A stretch of 64,000 nucleotides of DNA, taken from contig CBDAOI010000001.1 of assembly GCA_965198005.1 (NCBI GenBank), positions 160,001 through 224,000 on the forward strand, given 5' to 3'. A program made the translations under genes and the position numbers. Below, in pieces: positions 49,446 to 59,221 of this stretch (position 1 is its first letter; the number at the start of each line of letters is the position of its first letter). Source of the DNA: Spirochaetia bacterium (GTDB lineage Bacteria; Spirochaetota; Spirochaetia; SZUA-6; Bin103). Under the pieces are notes generated by a model. The model saw nothing but the letters and a program-made list of their open reading frames with translations, searched no databases and was not told the origin of the DNA.

Positions 49446-49589
49446 CGACCCGTGGATCCCGTGGACCCGTGGACCCGTGGACCCGTGGCTGTGCGCGAAC
49501 GAAGTTCGCGCCGGAGACCGGCACGTCCCGCGGTATCACACCGGGTGAACGGTGACCTCCACCCGTGGCGCCATCCCTGGCCCCCCGGG

Positions 49590-49902
49590 TGGCATGCAGC
49601 TCCCGGCCCGCCTGGAGCGATGGAAGGACGCTCAGAAGGAGAGGGGCGAGAGGTTCCAGGGTTTCGATTCGGTTGTCGTGGACAACGAGGACGGCGACGG
49701 CGACCGGAAACCGGCCGAGGTTTTGCTGGTGTTGGAGGTTCTGGTCAACGGTGACGAACACATCGAACTCGGTCGCAGCCCTGCGGAGCAGCTCGCCGTT
49801 GCGGACGCCTGCCCAGCCCTTCCGTGGCACGGTCTGCACCTCAAGGCCTTCCAGGAGCCGAGCACACTGACGCGGGACCGACTCATTGAGCAGAATGTGC
49901 AC
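49590..49902 (-). CDS. DUF5615 PIN-like toxin (3' end disrupted; ORF reads through to 49351)
   Basis: ILLNESVP, GWAGVRNGELL and FDVFVTVDQNL. Confidence 0.75.
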
Positions 49903-50110
49903 GGTCTATGAGCAGTTCGCCGGCAAGCTCGAGCACCTCCTTGGCCTGTCGGCGGGACACCGAGGGGAAGGAATCGAGGAACTTGTCCAGGCTGTCGCCG
50001 GCTTCGAGATGGTCCCACAGACTCTGGACGCGTACCCGTGTGCCGGCGAATACGGGCGTTCCTGACATGATCTCTGAGTCCTGGATAACCAAGCCGGAGA
50101 GGCTACGCAT
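49883..50110 (-). CDS. DUF433 antitoxin
   Basis: DSEIMSGTPVFAGTRV...HLEAGDSLDKFLDSFPSV. Confidence 0.88.
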   Translation of the reverse strand: MRSLSGLVIQDSEIMSGTPVFAGTRVRVQSLWDHLEAGDSLDKFLDSFPSVSRRQAKEVLELAGELLIDRAHSAQ

Positions 50111-50470
50111 CTGTGCTGGCTCCCTTGATACGAGGATAAGGCAATCTCGGTGTTGGTGGAAGAAGAACGTTGACCGCTCTGAGGTTTCAGATCCACCGCA
50201 CGGGAACAGCGATTGCGGACTCTGCCGCGGCCGATGAAGCGGCGACGCCACCGTGATCCGCGCCGGCACCAGCGGCCAACCGTCACTAGCGGTGCGCCCG
50301 CGGCATCAGCACAATGGCGATACCTGCGATCCGGCAAAAGGGCCCACTGGCCGATTCAGAACGTGTCCGAAGGCCCCTTCGGCGCGGGCAGGCCGCGTCT
50401 CGGCGATCACCTGGCAGAGTCGCGGCCGCCGTTCAGACGAATGCTCCCCCATCACCGATTGTACGTGAGC

Positions 50471-50499
50471 TCAACAGTGTGTAGTATACACACTGTTGA
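50471..50499. promoter_or_regulatory. Perfect 13-bp inverted repeat, probable HicB operator
   Basis: tcaacagtgtgta-gta-tacacactgttga directly before the hicAB remnant. Confidence 0.6.
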
Positions 50500-50625
50500 A
50501 AAGTCACGGTGCCCCACCCTAACGCGGATCTGCCCATCGGTACGCTGAAGAGCATCTTTCGCCAGGCTGGGTGGGACTGGAGAGAACGACGAACTACCCG
50601 GTCGTGATCCACAAGGATACGGAAA
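50500..50625 (+). pseudogene. hicA C-terminus / hicB N-terminus remnant
   Basis: KVTVPHPNADLPIGTLKSIFRQAG followed by NYPVVIHKD. Confidence 0.75.
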
Positions 50626-51043
50626 TGCAGCTCCCTCCGGACGCGCCCCAAGCTGTCCAGAGCACAGCCGCTGTGCACAGGGCAGCCGCACGCTTGTCCT
50701 CCATGGCGCGGGAACGCCTGTGTCTGTGCGGGCGGCGCATTGCGTCTGACCGGGCCCAGGAACGGACGACGCGTCAGTCGTGTGATGAGGTACCTGTACA
50801 CTTCGCCGACTGGGTCTGCGGTGCCCGATGATGCGCCGACACTACGATGCCAGGCGCCGCCTCGAGCTGACCGGCCAGGTCACACCCATGCACAGCCCGG
50901 CGCTGGCTGACCTGGTCGGGCGCGTTCCGGGCGCGCCTCCGGAGCAGCCAACGGGCTCCCAGCCCACGACGTCCCTGTCGCGGTCTGGGAGCTGCATGCC
51001 ACCCGTCGCGCCACGGATGGTGCCACGGTGCCACGGTTGGAGA

Positions 51044-52039
51044 TCACCGAGCATCGGGCATGACACCGCCCCGGCGGGCGGTCGGCCGCGCAGGCACGGG
51101 TCGGTGCGACCTGGCGGCATCGGCACCCAGCCGGCCCTCACCACCAGCGCCCCTTAGCCTGGGATCGAGCAGATCCCGCACCGCGTCGCCGAACATGTTT
51201 AGACAGTAAACGGTAATAGTCAGAGCAAGACCCGGCCAGAGAGCCAGCCATGGCGCCATCTCCATGTATTCACGGCCTTCCCGGCTGAGCAGACCTCCCC
51301 AGCTAGGAATGGTGGGAGGTAGTCCAAAACCGAGGAAGCTCAGAGAAGCCTCAGATATGATCACCCCCCCGATGTTGATGCTGAATATGATGATTACGAC
51401 AGGCATAATATTGGGCAGGACATGCCGCATCAGTGTTGCGTTGGTGGGGCTGCCAATTGCCCGCGCCGCCAGAAAGTAGTCATTCTCTTTAATGCCGATC
51501 ACGGCGCCTCGGAGTACTCTTGACCCGCCAATGCCTCCGGCGATCCCCAGGACGACGATGATCTGGAGGAGACCCGACCCGGCTATGGACATTATGGTTA
51601 ACAACAGGAGCAGTCCCGGGAAAGCCATCCAGGCATCGACAAATCTCTGCACACCCAGGTCCAGTTTACCACCAAGGAATCCTGAAGTGCCGCCGAGCAG
51701 GACGGCGACCAAAACATTGATAGTGGTCGCCGCGAGACCGACAGTTAACGAAAGACGAGCCCCGTAGATAAGGCGGCTCAAGAAGTCTCGCCCCAAGTGG
51801 TCGGTACCCAGGAGATACCGGGCTGATGAGCCCTGCAGCCTGTCTGCCAGGTGTAGTTCAAGAAAGCCATAAGGGGCCAGAACATCGGCAAAGATAGCCA
51901 CAAGAATCAATATCAATACTATAATCCCGCAGGCAGTACCCAGTGGCTTCTCCCTGACCAGCCTGATAAAGAAATCAGCCAGCCGGGAACGTCTCTTTGG
52001 CGCAATTTCTACTGATGGTATCCCTATGGCGTCGCTCAT
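51044..52039 (-). CDS. DppC-like permease, module 6
   Basis: Complete motifs; lower GC. Confidence 0.92.
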   Translation of the reverse strand: MSDAIGIPSVEIAPKRRSRLADFFIRLVREKPLGTACGIIVLILILVAIFADVLAPYGFLELHLADRLQGSSARYLLGTDHLGRDFLSRLIYGARLSLTVGLAATTINVLVAVLLGGTSGFLGGKLDLGVQRFVDAWMAFPGLLLLLTIMSIAGSGLLQIIVVLGIAGGIGGSRVLRGAVIGIKENDYFLAARAIGSPTNATLMRHVLPNIMPVVIIIFSINIGGVIISEASLSFLGFGLPPTIPSWGGLLSREGREYMEMAPWLALWPGLALTITVYCLNMFGDAVRDLLDPRLRGAGGEGRLGADAARSHRPVPARPTARRGGVMPDAR

Positions 52040-52048
52040 ATTCCCCCT

Positions 52049-53047
52049 TTAGCTGTATCGGACCCTGGGGTCTAAGTACTGATAAATCAGGTCGATCATT
52101 AGATTGATCCCCACAACTGCGGTTGCAAAAAACAGGTTTACTCCGGAGACCACCGGGTAGTCTCTGTCCTGGAGTGCATTCACCATGAGACGACCTAGTC
52201 CCGGCAGGGCAAATATGTTCTCCATGATAACGGAGCCACCTACCAGCAGAGGCAACTGCAAGCCTATCAGGGTAACTACCGGGATGAGGGCATTCTTGAT
52301 GGCATGTCTCATAATAACTACCCTCTCCTTGAGACCCTTGGACCAGGCAGTCCTGATATAGTCTTGGCGGAGCACCTCCAGCATCATGGTGCGGGTCATC
52401 CGCACTGTGGCTGCAGCCATGGCCGTCCCCAGAATCACGCTGGGAATGATGAACACCCCGAGATTGCCCAGCGGGTCTTCGGTGAAAGGAACCAGCTCCA
52501 GCGGTGGCGACCAGCCCCACCAGAGTGCCGGGTAGAGCATGACCATAAGTGCCAGCCAGAAGTTAGGGGTTGCCATGCCGATGATGGCGATGGAGCGCCC
52601 CAGGTAGTCGGCGGCCGTATCCTGGCGAATCGCCGAGTAGATGCCGACGGGCAGGGCTATCAGGAGCCCGATCACGATTGCCATGACACCAAGCTCAATG
52701 GTTACCGGCAATCTACCTATTATCTTCTCCTCTACCGGAGAACGGTCGTAAAGCAGTGAGTGGCCAAGGCTGCCCTGGAGGAGACCTTTAAGGTGGGACT
52801 CACCGGTAACCCAGTCAGGGGTCGGCAACACTCCTATCCAGCGTCCATACTGCACGTAGCCAGGCACGTCTAACCCCAGCATACGCTCAAGAGCTTTACG
52901 GTCTACGTCAACCAGGAAGTCCACCTTGCCCAACATTGCGTCTATTGTATCGCCGGGGATGAAGCGCACCGAGAGAAAGACCAGGATGGTCAATATGAAC
53001 ATGGTGGGGATTATCAGCAATAACCTCCTGATGACATAAGCTCTCAT
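52049..53047 (-). CDS. DppB-like permease, module 6
   Basis: Complete motifs; lower GC. Confidence 0.93.
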   Translation of the reverse strand: MRAYVIRRLLLIIPTMFILTILVFLSVRFIPGDTIDAMLGKVDFLVDVDRKALERMLGLDVPGYVQYGRWIGVLPTPDWVTGESHLKGLLQGSLGHSLLYDRSPVEEKIIGRLPVTIELGVMAIVIGLLIALPVGIYSAIRQDTAADYLGRSIAIIGMATPNFWLALMVMLYPALWWGWSPPLELVPFTEDPLGNLGVFIIPSVILGTAMAAATVRMTRTMMLEVLRQDYIRTAWSKGLKERVVIMRHAIKNALIPVVTLIGLQLPLLVGGSVIMENIFALPGLGRLMVNALQDRDYPVVSGVNLFFATAVVGINLMIDLIYQYLDPRVRYS

Positions 53048-53129
53048 GTCACGTGCCTCATCATTCGTCGGACTAGAACTGAATCTCTAGCGTCCATCAT
53101 ATTTCCCGGCAATTTCTTACAATGTCCCC

Positions 53130-53445
53130 CGTCATTGCGAGCCCCGATTTATCGGGGCGTGGCAATCTCGTTGCCCTCTTCCCCCGTCATTGCGGTGAAA
53201 ACCGCAATCCACTTAGACCATCCCCTTGCCCGGCTGGCGCGGCACTCTCTAAGGTGCGAATGACCCCTGCCAAGAAACTCGCCTCTCACCGTTTTGGGGA
53301 GTCCAGAGGGGTGAAACCCCTTTGAAACGGGGGTTCAAGGGGGTGTCCCCCTTGATTCCCCCCGTCATTCCGCCGAAAGGCGGAATCCAGAGTAATTTCA
53401 AATGGTTGCGTTTTCTGGATTCCGGGTCTTCGCGCGGAATGACAG
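53130..53445. repeat. Cluster of REP-like palindromes
   Basis: gtcattgcg...gcaatc twice; gtcattccgccgaaaggcggaatccag and its inverted partner ctggattccg...cggaatgac; aggggtgaaacccct. Confidence 0.7.
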
Positions 53446-53544
53446 TAAGAAAGCGCTCCTCGCAAAGACATCTTGTGGGGGAGCTGGGAAGCCTGAACCT
53501 CCCAGCTCCCTCTTTCCTGAGCTCAGCCACAAGGGGCGAAACCC

Positions 53545-55346
53545 CTAATAACCCATTGCTTCCTTCAGCTCACTATCAACCCAGAGGCGGGTCATGATGA
53601 GACTATCCTCCTGGGGTCCCAACATCGTTTCACCGTTATAGCCTATGACCCATGGCTGGAGCGCCCACCACACTGGACTTTTAGGACCCCATATCTGCCA
53701 TTGCTTCTCTATAGTGTACATATCTGCCTCTCTAATCAGCCTCTGCTGCTCCTCAAGGGTAGTAGCGAGTTGGGCGGCTTCAATCTTGGAGTCCATCACA
53801 GGGTCCTGGTGTCCAATGACGCGGTTCCAAATTGAATCAGCATCCGAGTGAAACCAGCCTACCATCGAGAGAGGGTCAAAAGTTTGGAAACCCGCAATGG
53901 AACTCATCATGCCTTCAAAAGTATCCGAGGATACCCTCTCGTTAATTTCCCCGCCGGTATATACATCAATCTCAAGATCGACGCCAATCTCAGCCCAGTA
54001 GGAGCGAGCTATTTCTGAATAGCCTAGATCATAGACGTCGCGGAAGTGCAGGATGGTCTTGAATCTAATGCCGTCCGCGCCGCGCGGATATCCAGCCGCA
54101 TCAAGCAACGCTTCTGCCCTTGCCGGGTCATACATATAGCCTTTCTTGACCTCTTCGGGCCACTCTTCAAATGGGATGTAATACCCTGGCACCCCTACCA
54201 TCCCCTGAGGTGTCGCATTTGCCTGACCCTTAAAGAAGGTATTGTTAAAGGTCTCGAGGTCCAGTGCCATCTGCATTGCCTTGCGCACCCGGATGTCGTC
54301 AAAGGGCGGCTTGCTCGCGACAAGAGCATAAGAAACACCATTCGACCGCCACCACTGCTTGTGCAGCACGATTTCGGGGTTGGTCCGCTGGAGGCTCTCT
54401 GCCTGATCAATAGTAGATATCACACCCCCTGAAGGGCCTCTGAGATCAAGCTTGGCTGAGCGTAGTGCCGCCATAAGTGTTGCTTCCTCTGGAATAAACA
54501 GGTGCATTAACTCGTCAACGTAGGGCAAGCGGTTCTGCGGGTACTTTTCGTCATAGCCCCAGTAGTCAGGATTTTTGGTCCGGGTGAGCTCTCCTCGACC
54601 AATTCAGTCAGCATAAAGGGCCCGGTGCCGACCACGTTCCTCCAATCCCTAACGTCCCCGTGTTCCTTGATTACCTCGGGGGGCATTATGTAAACAGATT
54701 GATCGATGAGGATAGACCACAGCGCAGGGAGGTATGGCTCCTTCAGCTTACAAACAACCGTCCATTTGTCGGTGGCCTCTACCGATTCGAATGGTATAGC
54801 GACGAATCCGACACCAAACATAGGAGGAGCAGGTTCGGTGAAGCCGCTGCCCAGACCCAACATACGGTGAAAGTTGTATTCGACGTCATAGGCAGTCAGC
54901 TCCCGACCGTTCATCGGTGGCTTATCATGCCAGCGAACGCCCTTGCGGATGTGGAAGACATAGGTTGTGTCGTCAAGCACTTCCCAGCTTTCAGCCAGCC
55001 TCCCTGTCATGTAAGACACAGGGGTCGGGCCCGAAAAGTCCCATTCGTCTCTATCTATCCCCCAGTTGCCGATACCTAGCTTCTCTACGACGCCCGTCAG
55101 TTGAGGGTCCAACCAGGCGAAATAGGGGTCACTACCCCACGAACCTAGGGCTTTGGTACTGTAGGTCAATGTCCCGCCGTACTGTGGCGCCACCACCACC
55201 TTGCCGGTGGTGGGGTCGGTCACCATTTCCTTCTCCATGGCGGCTGCCGGCTCCTCTTCCCCGGACGGGCTTGCCCACAGGCCGGTTGCGGTCAGGACGA
55301 GACCGAACAGTACCGCGAGGATCTTGCGAAAGATTGCGTAATGCAT
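53545..55346 (-). pseudogene. Family-5 SBP, module 6, frameshifted at about 54585
   Basis: N-half (55346-54590) and C-half (TKNPDYWG...EAMGY) are in different frames. Confidence 0.85.
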
Positions 55347-55701
55347 GTTTCACTCCAAAATTGTCGAGAGTGCCAATTCCACTGCCCGTCGCTCGCCCAC
55401 TCTCGAAGTACACCCGCAATGGCAGGTGCCGGAAGCGAGGGACGCCAGCCCGGAGTCCGAATCGGTGAATCAGTTCTGCATCGGCCACCTCCGTGAACGC
55501 GTGCGCGCACCTGATCCGGAGGCTCCGCGGGGGGCGGTGGTCGGCGACGCAGCGAAGGTGAATGACCGGCAACGCCGGCGGTGTGGTTTGCAGGCGGACG
55601 GGGTAGCGGTGGTGCGGGCGAAGTGGCGCGCGCGGCGCGCTGCGCCCTCAGCCTTGACTACCTGGATAGTGTTAGTGCTTCTCGTGCAACTACTTGCCCC
55701 C

Positions 55702-55877
55702 GGGGGGGGGGGGGGGTAGACGGACGGGATGGGCCAAAGCGGCACGCCGGGCGGCGGTGCTCGGGCGCGAGTAGCGTGGGCCGATGGCAGGGCTGCAGTG
55801 CGTAGTCAAGCATCATCCGTATCCGTTCAAGTCCCCAACCCCGATACCATAGCACATCCGCGCCAAAGCGGGCAAGC
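55702..55877 (-). promoter_or_regulatory. Repeated promoter/leader element, copy D, with G15 tract
   Basis: Minus strand TTGCCC-18-TATGGT with TG extension; homologous to copies A and B. Confidence 0.72.
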
Positions 55878-55911
55878 GCTGATTGCACTTTCTTCACGTT
55901 TTTTTCCGGCG

Positions 55912-56062
55912 GCCCCTGGTGCCTCTGGCGGTTGCAGCACCAGGCGCGCCCACTCGCCGGCGTTCCCTGGGCTGCAAGCCCGTCCGCCTGCCGCGCTCCC
56001 GAATCGACCGCTTCGAGGGGCGGCTCGAGTATTGGGATTCGGCCACCGAGACGCCTGGATCT
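55912..56062 (+). pseudogene. Uma2 5' remnant
   Basis: GCKPVRLPRSRIDRFEGRLEYWDSATET. Confidence 0.75.
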
Positions 56063-56198
56063 GATCGGGCAGGCGCAGGGGAATCACGCGGTGGGAGATC
56101 AAGCCGGCCTCGGACGGGCATGTGCGGAGACCGTTTATTGCGCCGTAACCAAATTGTGCGCTACGTGTTGAGTGGCCGCAAGCCTGTACCGGGTTGTA

Positions 56199-57805
56199 TC
56201 AGGCTGACCGGGCGGCCTTTTGCAGTGCCCGGCGGGCGCCTTCGATGGCGCGGGCGCTCATGCCGCCGCTGCCGAGGCCCGCGCCGCCGCCACCGCCCCG
56301 CAGCCGGGGGTCGAGCAGGTCGCGCACCGCGTCGCCGAACATGTTGAGGCAGTACACCACCACCGTGAGCGCCACCCCCGGCCACATCGCCAGGCGCGGC
56401 GCCATCTCCATGAACTGGCGCCCCTCGCGGCTCAGCATGCCGCCCCAGCTCGGCACCGTGGTCGGCAGCCCGAACCCCAGGAAGCTCAAGGACGCTTCGG
56501 CGATGATGATGCCGCCGATCGTGATCGAGAACACCACGATGACCGGCGCGGTGATGTTCGGCCACACGTGGCGCCTGAGGATGTGCGAAGGAGCGCTGCC
56601 GATGGCGCGCGCGGCCTCGAAGTAGGGGTTCTCCTTGATGCCGATCACGGCACTGCGGATCACGCGCGAGTTGCCGATGCCGGAAGTGACGCCGAGCACG
56701 ACGATGATCTGCAGGATGCCCTGGCCGACGATGGTGATGATCGTCAGCAGCAGCAACAAGCCGGGGAAGGACATCCAGGCGTCGACGAAGCGCTGCACCA
56801 GTATGTCCAGCTTGCCGCCGACGAAGCCGGCCACGCCGCCGACCAGCAGCGCCACCACGGTGCTCAACAGGGTGGCGGCAAAGCCCACCCCGAGCGAGGT
56901 GCGGGCGCCGTACACCAGCCGGCTCAACACGTCGCGGCCGAGCTGGTCGGTGCCCAGCAGGTAGGTGGCCGGTAGAGAGCCTCAAGATGAAGGAGATCCC
57001 ACCCCATGGCGGCGTTTTCGCCGTGTGCGAGTCCGTCCGAGGTGTGCCCTGGCAGGATGGCCTGGCTCTCCGGGCTGCTGTGAATGCTCATCTCGACGTC
57101 CACGCCAATCTCAGCCCAGTAGCCAACGACGAGCTCCGCGTAGTTCGCATCGTAGCGTTCGAAGTATTTCAGTTCGGTCTTGAGGCCATCGGGATAGCCC
57201 GCCTCGGCCAACAACTGCTTCGCCCGTTCCGGGTCGTAGCGGTAGTACTGCTTGACCTCCTCCGGCCATTCGTCGAACGGCGTCCCAAAAAGGGGGTCCT
57301 CGTTGTTAATGATTCCGTGCGGCGTCGGGTCGATCGAGTTCAACTGACTGTCGCCCCACTGCCCCAACGTATCGATTTGACCCGAGCGCAGGGCCGCGAG
57401 CCGCGCCGCGGAATCCGGCATGATCAGGGCGACGATCTCGTCGACATAGGGCAAGCGGTTCTCCGGAAACTTCTCGTCGAACCCCCAGTAGTTGGGGGTT
57501 CTTGGTCCACGTGATAGAGTTGCCCTCGACGTAGTCCGTCAGCTCCATGGGACCAGTGCCAACCAGATTCCTCCAATCCTTGACGTCGCCGTATTGCTGG
57601 ATGACCTCCGGTGGGTAGATCCAGGCAAGCCGGTTGTTGACTAGCTTGTCGAGCGCAAAGAGGTCTGGCTCTGCCAGCTTGAAGACCACCGTCGATTCGT
57701 CGGTGGCCGTCACGGATTCGATCTTGGGCAGCTGACCCTCAAACGGCGAGGCTTCGCTGAAGCCGCTGCCGATCCCCAAGTACCGATGAAAGTTGAATTC
57801 GATGT
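56199..57805 (-). pseudogene. Collapsed module 7: SBP fragments fused to a 5'-truncated DppC (near-identical to 35463-36235)
   Basis: DIEFNFHRYLG...GTGPMEL...PYVDEI...YDPERAKQLL with deletions, joined at about 56970 to TYLLGTDQLGRD. Confidence 0.85.
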
Positions 57806-57964
57806 CGCTGGGGGCCGGGGGGGGGGGGGGGGGGGGGGGCGCCGCGACCGACCGCGCCACGCTGCTGTACGGCGGGCACGACCGCCACCACCGCGGCGGA
57901 ATCACCGTGTGTTCCTGGTTCGCGATTTAGGTATCTTAGCTGCTACGATGTGGTGGCGCCTCCC

Positions 57965-59137
57965 ATGACCACGGAACCGGAACCGACGGCACGATCGGAG
58001 TCTGGCGGCCGCACCGCTCCGAGCCGCTCGTTGCGCGAACGGCTGGCACGCTTCGTGGAGCGTACGCGGGAGCGGGCCGAACACGCCAAGGCGGGGTTCA
58101 ACATCCACGCCGTCACCTTCGCCGCGGTCAACTCCCTGCTCCTGCTGATCAACCTGATCTTCTCCTCCGGGGTTCTCTGGTTCCTGTTTCCGCTGGCCGG
58201 CTGGGGGATCGGGCTGCTGCACCACTACGTCGAGACGCGCAACCGGGCGCGGGACGCGCGCGATGCCGCCACCCTGCCGCCGGTCGCGAAACGCACCCTG
58301 CAGCAGGTACGGAAGCTGTTCTTCGTCCGCCGCCGCCTGCGCCATCACCTCATCGCGGTCGCCGGCGTGTCGGCATTTCTGGCCGGCGTAAATGTCCTGC
58401 TCGCTCCCGGGGAAGGGCCATGGGCGCTCATCCCGGCTTGCCTGCTCGGCGTTCCGCTGGCCATCCACTACGGGGTGGCGCGGGCCCGGCGCCGGCGCCT
58501 GCTGCGGCGCCTGCGGGAAGCGGGAGTGGACCTCGATCCGCGCACCGCGGCAAACCTGGCGGCGCTGGAGTCCGACGCCGGCATCACCCTGACGCCGGGC
58601 GACGCGCCGCTGCTGGCGGAGGCGGCGGAGCTGCGCGAAACGATCCTGGCCGAGCTCCAGGACGGCGGCGAGGAGGCGGCGCGCTGGCGGTCGGAATTGC
58701 AGCCGGAGCTCGACACCTATGTCCGCCACGTCGGCTCCCTGCTGCAGGCACGTCGCGAGCTGGAACGGGCCGGCGCCCGCGTGTCGGCGGAGGACGTGAC
58801 CCGGCAGCTCGCCACGCTGCGCGGCAAGCTGGAGAACACTGCCTCCGACGCTCTCCGGCACGAGTATCGGACGGCCATGAACCAGTACGAGCGCCAGCTT
58901 TCGTCGCTCGCCCACCTGCGCGAACAGGCGGAGATGATCGACCTGCGCGCCAAGTCCGCGGTCCTCGCCCTGCAGCAACTCTCGCTCGACATCCCCCGGC
59001 TCCGCACCGCCCCCGCGGGCGAGTCCGCCGCCCTGCTGGCACTGCGCGACAAGTCCCAGGACCTGACCCACTACCTCGACGACCTGCGCACCGGCTTCCG
59101 CGAACTCGATCCCACGGCTGACCCGGCGCCCCAGTAA
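57965..59137 (+). CDS. Protein with two 2TM-like hairpins and a coiled-coil C-terminus
   Basis: GFNIHAVTFAAVNSLLLLIN...WFLFPLAGWGIGLLHH and a second degenerate copy. Confidence 0.75.
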   Translation: MTTEPEPTARSESGGRTAPSRSLRERLARFVERTRERAEHAKAGFNIHAVTFAAVNSLLLLINLIFSSGVLWFLFPLAGWGIGLLHHYVETRNRARDARDAATLPPVAKRTLQQVRKLFFVRRRLRHHLIAVAGVSAFLAGVNVLLAPGEGPWALIPACLLGVPLAIHYGVARARRRRLLRRLREAGVDLDPRTAANLAALESDAGITLTPGDAPLLAEAAELRETILAELQDGGEEAARWRSELQPELDTYVRHVGSLLQARRELERAGARVSAEDVTRQLATLRGKLENTASDALRHEYRTAMNQYERQLSSLAHLREQAEMIDLRAKSAVLALQQLSLDIPRLRTAPAGESAALLALRDKSQDLTHYLDDLRTGFRELDPTADPAPQ

Positions 59138-59141
59138 CTCA

Positions 59142-59185
59142 AACAGCACGCTCCAGGACGTTGTCCGCCGCGTACAAAGACTATA
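59142..59185 (+). pseudogene. 3' end remnant of an AbiEii-like gene
   Basis: aacagcacgctccaggac.ttgtccgccg...aagact.ta matches 32731-32775. Confidence 0.65.
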
Positions 59186-59221
59186 GGACGGCGATATTAT
59201 GCTTGCAAGAATAATGTTTGC

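Noticed and set aside
26760-49490. Short tandem repeats (tcggttat at 26760, caccgctga at 46643, cccgtgga at 49449)
   Set aside because: Only 3-5 copies each, consistent with ordinary slippage; no function evident
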